Positions 23,745-31,283 of a stretch of 36,609 nucleotides of DNA are shown here, piece by piece. Made by a program: the position numbers and the translations under genes. Every line of letters starts with the position of its first letter. Within the stretch, counting starts at the first letter, position 1. This DNA comes from Candidatus Nanopelagicales bacterium (lineage in GTDB: Bacteria; Actinomycetota; Actinomycetes; S36-B12), in the NCBI GenBank assembly GCA_032117355.1, contig JAULZL010000038.1, forward strand, positions 1 to 36,609, in the 5' to 3' direction. The notes beneath the pieces were generated by a model, which saw only the letters and a program-made list of their open reading frames with translations, made no database searches and was not told the DNA's origin.

Positions 23745-25089
23745 CGGCTGGGCTCCTCGCCACTACCAAAGCCCAGCGTGGGCTGCTCTGGAGGGCGGCT
23801 GCAAGCGGCTCGCGCTTTCTTGGCACCGAAGATCGGGGAAGGATGACCTGAGCCTGCATTGGGCTGCTGTGTCGGCCATGCAGCGGGTGGGCGGCATCTG
23901 GCACATGCTTCCCCAGGCGAACCAGTCCCGGAAGGCCATCTGGGACGCGGTGGACCCGCATACCGGACGGCGGCGCATCGACGCTGCATTCCCGCCCGAG
24001 CTGCGCGAGACGACCCGCGAACAGGACATGTTCATCCGGTTCAAGAACGGCTCGACTTGGCAGGTGGTCGGCAGCGACAACTACAACAGCCTGATCGGCT
24101 CGCCTCCCATGGGGGTGGTGTTCTCCGAGTACGCCCTCGCTGACCCGAATGCTTGGGCGTTCCTGCGTCCCATCCTTGCCGAAAACAACGGCTGGGCGAT
24201 ATTCATCAGCACCCCGCGTGGCCGCAATCACTTTGCCCGTCTGGTGGACTACGCCCGCAAAGACCCTGCGTGGTTTGGTCAGGTGCTGACGGTCGAGGAC
24301 ACCAAGGCGATCTCGAAGGACATCATCGACCGCGAGCGCAAAGAGCTGCGGGTCGAGCGCGGTGAGAAGGAAGCCGAGGCCATCATCCGGCAGGAGTACT
24401 ACTGCGACTTCGATGCTGACATTCCGGGTGCCTACTACGGCGATGCCATCCTCAAGGCCGAGCAGGGCGGCAGGTCTGGCGAGTTCCCGCATATCGTCGG
24501 CCAGCCGGTCGGCACCGCATGGGACATCGGCATCGGCGATTCGACGGTTATCTGGTTCTACCAGCTCGTCGGCCAAAAGGTGCGCATCATCAACGTGCTG
24601 GAAGGTTCCGGCGTCGGGCTCGAGTGGTACGCCAAGAAGCTTCTCGCCATGGACTATGTGTATGCCGATCACATCTGGCCGCACGATGGCGCGGTGAAGG
24701 AGTGGGGGTCTGGCAAGTCCCGGCTCGAGACGGCGGCGGGGTATGGGTTCAAGCCTCGGGTGCTGGAAGCTGACTCGGTGGACGATGGCATCCAGGCTGT
24801 GCGCCAGATGCTGCCGGTGGTCGAGTGGAACAAGGCTCCCGACCCGTTCCCCGGTGAGAGTGCCGAGGACGCAGCGGCTCGCATGATCCGGGCGATGGAT
24901 GCCATCCGGCAGTACCGGCGCGAATACGACGACCGGCTGCAGCGGTTCAAGGACAGGCCGCTGCACGACTGGACGAGTCATTACGCCGATGCTCTGCGGT
25001 ATCTCGCCAAGGGTCGCAGGCCGTTCCGTGGGACGGTGCGACGGGCTGGTCCGGGGGTGGCTGTAGCAGATTACTCAGTGTTCGGCTAG
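23722..25089 (+). CDS. terL: Terminase large subunit
   Basis: 455 aa. It has a P-loop-like WHRRSGKDD, a Walker-B-like VVFSEYA, and a nuclease-domain pattern WDIGIGDSTVIWFYQ...DHIWPHDG. Confidence 0.85.
   Translation: MSIILPANGWAPRHYQSPAWAALEGGCKRLALSWHRRSGKDDLSLHWAAVSAMQRVGGIWHMLPQANQSRKAIWDAVDPHTGRRRIDAAFPPELRETTREQDMFIRFKNGSTWQVVGSDNYNSLIGSPPMGVVFSEYALADPNAWAFLRPILAENNGWAIFISTPRGRNHFARLVDYARKDPAWFGQVLTVEDTKAISKDIIDRERKELRVERGEKEAEAIIRQEYYCDFDADIPGAYYGDAILKAEQGGRSGEFPHIVGQPVGTAWDIGIGDSTVIWFYQLVGQKVRIINVLEGSGVGLEWYAKKLLAMDYVYADHIWPHDGAVKEWGSGKSRLETAAGYGFKPRVLEADSVDDGIQAVRQMLPVVEWNKAPDPFPGESAEDAAARMIRAMDAIRQYRREYDDRLQRFKDRPLHDWTSHYADALRYLAKGRRPFRGTVRRAGPGVAVADYSVFG
23747..23777. promoter_or_regulatory. 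Stem-loop motif, copy 2: GCTGGGC-tcctcgccacTACCAAA-GCCCAGC
   Basis: Perfect 7-bp inverted repeat 3 nt after the terS stop and inside the 5' end of terL. It shares the GCTGGGC arm and the 15-nt TACCAAAGCCCAGCG with copy 1. Confidence 0.4.
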
Positions 25090-25120
25090 ACTCGCGCCAA
25101 AGTCTGCCACGAGGTGCGTC

Positions 25121-25321
25121 ATGTCCGGTCTGTTCAAGCCCAAGATGCCGAAGATTGAGCCGCCCCCGCCTGCTCCCGAAATCGATGTGGCGAAGCAGCG
25201 CGAGATCGAGTCCACCCGGCTGCGTCGGCGGCGCGGGCGTGCTGCCACGATGATGTCCACGCCTGAGACCCAGCAGATGGGCGGCGTCGCTACGACCCGA
25301 CTGCTGGGCGGCGGCATGTAA
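25121..25321 (+). CDS. Hypothetical small protein (66 aa)
   Basis: A Pro-rich N-terminus, an RLRRRRGRAAT tract and a C-terminal TRLLGGG. TAATG coupling to the next gene. Confidence 0.45.
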   Translation: MSGLFKPKMPKIEPPPPAPEIDVAKQREIESTRLRRRRGRAATMMSTPETQQMGGVATTRLLGGGM

Positions 25322-26013
25322 TGGCGACGAAGAAGATCACGCAGTTCAGCTCGCTAGCGCAGGGTGACCTCGACTCGCCGGTCGATGTCTTGCCGATCGT
25401 CGATGTCAGCGCAGGCGAGACCAAGAAGGTCACGGCGAAGGCATTGGCCGGTGCTGCGGTGGGCGACTTGGTGAACGTCTGGAACAACGTCGCGACAACC
25501 TTCTCGGCCATCAAGCTCGATGTCACCGACACGGCCAGTGCTGCCGGGTCGATGCTGCTCAACCTGTTGGTGGGCGGTGCTGCCCGGTTCCAAGTGACCA
25601 AGGCCGGTGCTGTGACGGCGGCGAGTTCGGTCAAGTCCACCTCGGCTTCTGGCGGGGTGGGTTACGCGACCGGCGCTGGCGGCGTGGTTACCCAAGCAAC
25701 CTCGAGAACGACAGGCGTCACGCTAGACAAGATTTGCGGTCAGATCACTCTGTTCGCTGCCACAATTAGCGGGCATGAGGCCGACGAGTTTGTGCTCACG
25801 AACTCCGCGATCGAGGCCGGTGATGTGGTTGTGGTGAGCATCAAGTCAGGGCTTGCGGCAGGTACGGCGAAGTATTACCGGGTCCAGGTGACGGCGGTTG
25901 CTGCGGGTGTTTGCACGATTTCGGTCGGCAACCTTGACAACGCGACGATCCCATCTGCCGGTACAGATACGCCGGTTCTTTCATTTGCGGTCATCAAGGC
26001 CGTAGCGGCCTAA
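25321..26013 (+). CDS. Tail fibre-like protein (230 aa)
   Basis: The N-terminal motif MATKKITQFSSLA..VDVLPIVDVSAGETKKVTAKA is paralogous to the N-terminus of the 14463-15074 product. Confidence 0.55.
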   Translation: MATKKITQFSSLAQGDLDSPVDVLPIVDVSAGETKKVTAKALAGAAVGDLVNVWNNVATTFSAIKLDVTDTASAAGSMLLNLLVGGAARFQVTKAGAVTAASSVKSTSASGGVGYATGAGGVVTQATSRTTGVTLDKICGQITLFAATISGHEADEFVLTNSAIEAGDVVVVSIKSGLAAGTAKYYRVQVTAVAAGVCTISVGNLDNATIPSAGTDTPVLSFAVIKAVAA

Positions 26014-26025
26014 TCGGAGATAGAC

Positions 26026-26310
26026 ATGGCAACAGGCATTGTTCTCGTATCGAACGCCAGCGCGACTGGCGCATATTATCCGTGGCCCGGTGGCCGTGGT
26101 GAGTTTCGGGTGGAAGGCAGCTTCCCCGGCACGGTAAAGCTTGAGACGAAAGGCCCGAACGGCACCGCGCAGGATGTCGGCGTATTCACGACCCTGACCG
26201 CTGCTGGCGGCGGCATCTTCGAGCTCGGCGCTTGCGAGATCAGGTGCAACATCGCCACCGCGACCGCCGTCTATGCCGTTGCGCTTCGGATTCCCTCGCC
26301 GTCGTTCTGA
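26026..26310 (+). CDS. Hypothetical virion-module protein (94 aa)
   Basis: Compact beta-rich sequence lying between two fibre-like genes. Confidence 0.5.
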   Translation: MATGIVLVSNASATGAYYPWPGGRGEFRVEGSFPGTVKLETKGPNGTAQDVGVFTTLTAAGGGIFELGACEIRCNIATATAVYAVALRIPSPSF

Positions 26311-27602
26311 TGAACACGGAAGGCACCGATCTGCTGCGGACCTGTCCGCGCACCTTCCGGCGTACGATGGTGCGGACGGTGGCAGAGCCGTCGCTTTACC
26401 TCGACTTCACAGCGTCCAACACGCTTGATCCCCGCATCACCTTCACCCGCGCAACCACGGCGACGTTCTTCAACTCGTCTGGCGTACTGTCTACGGCGGC
26501 ATCTGGCGAGGCTCGTTTTGACTACAACCCCACGACGCTAGCAGCGCGAGGCTTGCTCATTGAGGAGCAGCGGACGAATTTATGTTTGCAGTCGCAGACG
26601 TTTCAAACAACTTGGTCGGCGCTTAGAACAATCATTAGCGTTGATGCCGCTGTTGCGCCAGATAGCACGTTAACCGGCGATAAATTTATTGCCACATCGG
26701 TTGCTGGAAGCCATTTAATCTCTCAAACAATATCGGTTACAGCGCAAGCATACACGCTAACTTGTTTCGCAAAGGCTGGCGAATATAACTTTATTCAATT
26801 AAATATCCCTGACCCCGGTGCTGGTGGAGCGGGAAAGGTCGGCTCTTTTAATTTGTCCACAGGAACGCTAGGGGTAGTCCAAGACCCTGGCGTGACTAGA
26901 ACAATTACGTCAGTTGGGAATGGCTGGTACAGATGCTCAATAACCTTTACGGTAACTGGAGCGGGTTCTTCAGCGGTTGGATTTCTTGTTACCAACACAG
27001 ATGTTCGAGCCGAATCGTTTACAGGAAATAATGTCAACGGCATTTTCATCTGGGGCGCACAACTAGAAGTCGGAGCCTTTGCTACCTCCTACATCCCCAC
27101 CACCACCACCGCCCTGACGCGCAACGCGGATGTGGCAAGCATGACGGGGACGAATTTCTCGGATTGGTATAACGCGGTGGAGGGGAGTTTGTTTGGGGAG
27201 TTTTCTGTTTATACTAGCGTCGGGTCAAAAGCCATTGTTGGTATAACAGATGGAACAAATAATAACAGGGTGCAATTTTTTGCTGCTTCTAACGACCCAT
27301 TTGTTTTATCGCCAAGGTTGGTTGCCGGAGGCGTAGCAACAAACCCAGCAAACACAGGCAGCATCGCAGTTAATTCTGTCGGAAAAGCTATTATTGCGTA
27401 TGCCGTTGGCACAAATGCAGGGGGCTTTTCCGTAAACGGCAGTTCAATTGCTCAATCAAGTCCAGCCTCTGCTTTTAGTAATGTAAATTCTTTGGAAATA
27501 GGCAAAGCAACTGGCTTGACCCAACTCAACGGCTACATCCGACGCATCGCCTACTACCCCGTCCGCCTCGCCGACACCACCTTACAGGCACTCACGGCAT
27601 GA
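26310..27602 (+). CDS. Receptor-binding / tail fibre protein with a lectin-like (concanavalin/LamG-type) C-terminal part
   Basis: Motifs LIEEQRTNLCLQSQTF..W and IWGAQLEVGAFATSYIPTTTTALTRNAD are typical of a widespread phage fibre family. The ATG at 26310 overlaps the upstream TGA. Confidence 0.65.
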   Translation: MNTEGTDLLRTCPRTFRRTMVRTVAEPSLYLDFTASNTLDPRITFTRATTATFFNSSGVLSTAASGEARFDYNPTTLAARGLLIEEQRTNLCLQSQTFQTTWSALRTIISVDAAVAPDSTLTGDKFIATSVAGSHLISQTISVTAQAYTLTCFAKAGEYNFIQLNIPDPGAGGAGKVGSFNLSTGTLGVVQDPGVTRTITSVGNGWYRCSITFTVTGAGSSAVGFLVTNTDVRAESFTGNNVNGIFIWGAQLEVGAFATSYIPTTTTALTRNADVASMTGTNFSDWYNAVEGSLFGEFSVYTSVGSKAIVGITDGTNNNRVQFFAASNDPFVLSPRLVAGGVATNPANTGSIAVNSVGKAIIAYAVGTNAGGFSVNGSSIAQSSPASAFSNVNSLEIGKATGLTQLNGYIRRIAYYPVRLADTTLQALTA

Positions 27603-27913
27603 GCGACTACTACCTCCGCGCAACCACCGCCGCAGCCCTCTACAGCGCACTAGAGGCGGCAGGGGTCGTGACCCAAGGCGAGGACGGCTGGCACGTCACA
27701 GACGGCCACAGGTACGCCCTCGATGTCATCGGCACGATCTACGCGCCGACCGGCAAGATGCTGCAAAGCGATGAGGGCGAAGTGCCGGAGATGAAACTGC
27801 TAGACGGTTTTCATGCTAATTTGCGTGTTATAGATGCAAGCAATTTTGATGCTAATATGCTTAACAAAATAGCAATCAATGTGCCTACTAATCCGGCAAG
27901 AGGGTGGGCGTGA
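27599..27913 (+). CDS. Hypothetical protein (104 aa) following the fibre gene
   Basis: ATGA coupling upstream and TGATG coupling to the portal gene. The 3' end is a low-GC patch. Confidence 0.5.
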   Translation: MSDYYLRATTAAALYSALEAAGVVTQGEDGWHVTDGHRYALDVIGTIYAPTGKMLQSDEGEVPEMKLLDGFHANLRVIDASNFDANMLNKIAINVPTNPARGWA

Positions 27914-29580
27914 TGGCCGATGTGCGTGCTGTTGAAGTTCTTGAAGGATACGACCGGCTGAAGGGCGCTCGTGGCACTTGGGAGAACCATTGGCAGGAGG
28001 TAGCCGAGCGCGTCTGGCCGTCGATGGCCGAGATGACCGGCCAGCGCACACCGGGCGAGAAGCGGTCGGAGAAGATATTCGACTCGACGGCGCAGCGAGC
28101 CTTGCCTCGATTCTCTGCCGCGATGGACTCGATGCTGACACCAGCAACGCAGATGTGGCACGGATTGCATACCGGCATCCCCGAGCTCGATGAGAATGTG
28201 GCGGTGCAGCGGTGGTGCGATTCCCTGCGCGATGTCCTGTTCCGGCAGCGGTATGCGCCGACCGCCAACTTCGCCTCGCAGGTGTTCGAGTGCTACATGA
28301 GCCTCGGTGCGTTCGGCACCTCGACGCTGTTCATCGACGAGATCCCAGGCGTGACCTTGCGGTACCGCGCCATCCCGCTCTCCGAGATTGTCATCGACCT
28401 CGACCATACGGGTCGGGTGGACACGGTGTACCGCTGTTTCCAGTTGACGGCGCGGCAGGCGATGCAGGTGCCGGGCTGGGCTGACAAGCTCCCGCGAGGT
28501 ATCAAGGCTGCGGGAGATGCGAAAGCGAACGACATGTTCGAGTTCATCCACTGCGTCAAGCCGAACGACGGGTATAAGTCGGGCAAGGCCGGTGCGGACG
28601 GGATGCAGTTCATGTCGCGCTATGTCGCCCGGCAGGGTGATGCGCTGCTGGCAGAGTCGGGCTATCGCTCGATGCCGTATGCGGTCGGTCGGTATGTCAC
28701 CGGCCCGCGTGAGATTTATGGGCGGTCACCTGCGATGGAGGCTCTGGCCGACATCAAGTCCCTGCAGGAAATGGAAAAGACCATGCTTCGGATGGCGCAC
28801 CGCATGGTCGACCCGCCGCTCATCCTCTCCGAGGAGGGGGCCTTGAATGCCTTCTCGGTGCGCCCCAATGCACTGAACTACGGCTACCTCCGAGAGGATG
28901 GTACGCCGTTGGTTCAACCCCTGATGACTGGCGGGAACCTGCCGATCGGGATGGAGATGGCTGACCAGAAGCGCAAGGCGGTGAACGATTCGTTCCTCGT
29001 CACGCTGTTCCAGATTCTGGTCGAGAGTCCCCGCGTGATGACGGCGACCGAGGTCATGCAGCGAGCCCAGGAGAAGGGTGCGCTGCTCGGGCCAACGATG
29101 GGTCGGCAGCAGTCGGAGTTCATCGGCCCCATCATCGAGCGCGAGCTGGACCTGCTTTCGGCGTCGGGCGCGTTGCCCGTGCCGCCCCCGCAGCTCATGG
29201 ACTATGTGATGGCGGGTGGCGAGATTCTGCCGAAGTACACCGGCCCGCTTGCCAGACTGATGAAGGCTGAGGAGGCTGCGGGCATCCTGCGCACCATCGA
29301 GGCCATCCTGCCGGTCGCGCAGGCATCGGGCGACATCAAGGTGCTGCGGCGCATCAACGCTGACCAAGCACTCAAGGTCATCGCCGAGGCGAACAATGTC
29401 CCGGCCAAGGCGCTGCGGACGGACGAGGAGCTCGAGGCGATGGACATGGCCGATCAGCAGCAGGCCCAGATGCAGCAGCTTCTCGCGGCGGCTCCGCTTG
29501 CTGGTCAGGCTGCGGAGCGGTTTGCCAAGGCCGAGCAGATTGCGGCCTCTGCGCCTCGGCGTGAAGTGCTCGGGATTTAA
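27913..29580 (+). CDS. Portal (head-to-tail connector) protein, podovirus type
   Basis: 555 aa counted from the ATG at 27913. The N-terminus is LEGYDRLKGARGTWENHWQEVAERVWP. Size and pattern fit the T7 gp8-like connector family. Confidence 0.85.
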   Translation: MADVRAVEVLEGYDRLKGARGTWENHWQEVAERVWPSMAEMTGQRTPGEKRSEKIFDSTAQRALPRFSAAMDSMLTPATQMWHGLHTGIPELDENVAVQRWCDSLRDVLFRQRYAPTANFASQVFECYMSLGAFGTSTLFIDEIPGVTLRYRAIPLSEIVIDLDHTGRVDTVYRCFQLTARQAMQVPGWADKLPRGIKAAGDAKANDMFEFIHCVKPNDGYKSGKAGADGMQFMSRYVARQGDALLAESGYRSMPYAVGRYVTGPREIYGRSPAMEALADIKSLQEMEKTMLRMAHRMVDPPLILSEEGALNAFSVRPNALNYGYLREDGTPLVQPLMTGGNLPIGMEMADQKRKAVNDSFLVTLFQILVESPRVMTATEVMQRAQEKGALLGPTMGRQQSEFIGPIIERELDLLSASGALPVPPPQLMDYVMAGGEILPKYTGPLARLMKAEEAAGILRTIEAILPVAQASGDIKVLRRINADQALKVIAEANNVPAKALRTDEELEAMDMADQQQAQMQQLLAAAPLAGQAAERFAKAEQIAASAPRREVLGI

Positions 29581-29583
29581 TCG

Positions 29584-29895
29584 ATGGCGAACGATTCCGA
29601 CATCCTTGCGGTCAGACTTAACCTGTTGCACGAAGACGTGGGCGAGATTAAGACGGCGCTCGGCAAGCTGTCCGATGCCATCACGAAACTTGCGCTTGTG
29701 GAGCAGAACCAGTTGCAGACGGCAGAAGCGATGGAGCGTGCGTTTACGGCAATCGAGCGCATCGAGCGCCGGGTTGAGAAGCTAGAGCATTCCGGGTGGG
29801 AGAGTTCGCACTCGGCCAAGTGGGTTGACCGCGCCATCGTGGCGGCTATCACGGTCGGTGGCATGGCGTTGCTGCGGACTGTCGGGATCGGCTGA
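29584..29895 (+). CDS. Coiled-coil protein with a C-terminal TM anchor (103 aa), a possible lysis-associated membrane protein
   Basis: A heptad-like N-terminus, then WVDRAIVAAITVGGMALLRTVGIG at the C-terminus. It lies immediately upstream of the endolysin gene. Confidence 0.5.
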   Translation: MANDSDILAVRLNLLHEDVGEIKTALGKLSDAITKLALVEQNQLQTAEAMERAFTAIERIERRVEKLEHSGWESSHSAKWVDRAIVAAITVGGMALLRTVGIG

Positions 29896-29896
29896 C

Positions 29897-30319
29897 ATGA
29901 GCAGCCGCCGAATTGAGGACCTGCACCCGCTGATGCGTCCGCTCGTGGATGCGTTCCTTGCGGCGTGTGCGCGTGACGACATCGACATCCTCGTGACTTG
30001 CACCTATCGATCAGATGAGGAGCAGGCGCGGCTCTACGCGCAGTCGCGCACGAAGCCCGGTCCCCGCCTGACGAATGCGCCCCCCGGTCGCTCGATGCAC
30101 AACTTCCGGGTCGGCGGCAAGCCTGCGAGTCTGGCGGTCGATGTGGTGCCGCTCGTGAACGGGAAGCCGGTATGGAGTGCTGCCGACCCTGTGTGGCAAA
30201 AGGTGGGCAAGATTGGCGAGGCTGCGGGTCTTGAGTGGGCGGGTCGGTGGAAAAGGGGCCGCGAGTTCCCGCATTTCCAGCATCCGCGAGCGAAATCTGT
30301 GCGTTTATCCGTCAACTGA
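29897..30319 (+). CDS. Endolysin, peptidase M15 (VanY-like, Peptidase_M15_4 type)
   Basis: Motifs SMHNF...LAVDVVP...GLEWAGRW...FPHFQHP match the Zn-binding H/D/H arrangement of M15 peptidoglycan peptidases. There is no signal or SAR sequence. Confidence 0.8.
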   Translation: MSSRRIEDLHPLMRPLVDAFLAACARDDIDILVTCTYRSDEEQARLYAQSRTKPGPRLTNAPPGRSMHNFRVGGKPASLAVDVVPLVNGKPVWSAADPVWQKVGKIGEAAGLEWAGRWKRGREFPHFQHPRAKSVRLSVN

Positions 30320-30343
30320 TTGTATTACAGAGCGAGGTGAATC

Positions 30344-30523
30344 ATGAGTGCTGAACAAATTGCGGGCATTGTCCGTGCTGTCGTTGCCGCCATCGGTGGC
30401 TATCTGGTCGGGAAGGGCATCGCGGATGCCGAGACGGTTGCTGCGGTGGGCGGCGCTGCTGCCACGATCGCTGCTGCTGTGTGGTCGGTGCTGTCGAAGC
30501 GCAAGGGCGAGCCGCAGGCGTGA
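30344..30523 (+). CDS. Holin (59 aa, two TM helices)
   Basis: Hand-translated: MSAEQIAGIVRAVVAAIGGYLVGKGIADAETVAAVGGAAATIAAAVWSVLSKRKGEPQA. A GAGGTGA RBS precedes it. The C-terminus is charged. It lies between the endolysin and spanin genes. Confidence 0.6.
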   Translation: MSAEQIAGIVRAVVAAIGGYLVGKGIADAETVAAVGGAAATIAAAVWSVLSKRKGEPQA

Positions 30524-30969
30524 AGGTCTGGGCGGCGGTTGCCGTCGCCCTGCTTGCTGCTGGCTGGTTCGGGTTCTCGTATGCGTACCGGGCAGGCCGT
30601 GACGCTGGCTCTGCGGCTGTCAGGGCAGACTGGTCCGCTGCTATCGCCAAGTCTGAGAAGGCCGCGAGAGAGGCTCTGGCTGCGGCTCATGAGGCATACA
30701 GGGCTGATATCGCAAGGCGCGAGGGGGTAGAGCGTGAACTTGACGCGAAGCTCGATGCTGCTACCCGTCGCGGTGCTGATCTCGCTCGGCGGCTGCGCAC
30801 ACAAGCCTGTCCCCTGCCCGGTGCCGGTCACGACACCGCCCCCGTCCCTGATGGTGCCTCCGGAGAGTCCGGCGACGCGGGAGAGGTTGGAGAAGCTCTT
30901 GCCGCCCACCTCGCCGCGTGTGAACGAGACGCGACCCGGTTCGCCGAACTTCAGGACTGGATGAGATGA
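30520..30969 (+). CDS. Rz: i-spanin (Rz-like)
   Basis: The GTG start overlaps the holin stop (GTGA). It has an N-terminal TM helix (VWAAVAVALLAAGWFGFSYAY) followed by a coiled-coil. Confidence 0.7.
   Translation: MKVWAAVAVALLAAGWFGFSYAYRAGRDAGSAAVRADWSAAIAKSEKAAREALAAAHEAYRADIARREGVERELDAKLDAATRRGADLARRLRTQACPLPGAGHDTAPVPDGASGESGDAGEVGEALAAHLAACERDATRFAELQDWMR
30734..30964 (+). CDS. Rz1: o-spanin (Rz1-like) lipoprotein, embedded in the +1 frame of Rz
   Basis: The lipobox is LISLGG|C, followed by a Pro-rich mature part. The ORF lies entirely within the Rz gene. An alternative start is the ATG at 30755. Confidence 0.7.
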   Translation: MNLTRSSMLLPVAVLISLGGCAHKPVPCPVPVTTPPPSLMVPPESPATRERLEKLLPPTSPRVNETRPGSPNFRTG

Positions 30970-31283
30970 GCCGCTATGCACGGCTGCAGATCCCGAAGCG
31001 GTTCCAACTGCACGGGCATCGACTCACCGTGCGCATCATCCCCAGAACCCGCTGGCCGCATCCGATGGACACGGTGGGGATGTACGACCCGAACTGTCAC
31101 CGCATCGACCTACGCGGCGACCAAGGCGACACCGAACTCCAGCAGACCTTCTGCCACGAGTGGGCTCATGCCCTGCTCGATGAGATGAACCATCCCCTAT
31201 CGCACGACGAGGTATTCGTGGACAACTTGGCGAGCCTGCTGCACCAGTCTCTGACGACCTTTGACTGGGACGCCAAGCCATGA
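30966..31283 (+). CDS. Small HExxH zinc-metallopeptidase-like protein (105 aa)
   Basis: The motif TFCHEWAHALLDEM places HEWAH from nt 31155. ATGA overlap with the Rz stop. Confidence 0.55.
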   Translation: MSRYARLQIPKRFQLHGHRLTVRIIPRTRWPHPMDTVGMYDPNCHRIDLRGDQGDTELQQTFCHEWAHALLDEMNHPLSHDEVFVDNLASLLHQSLTTFDWDAKP

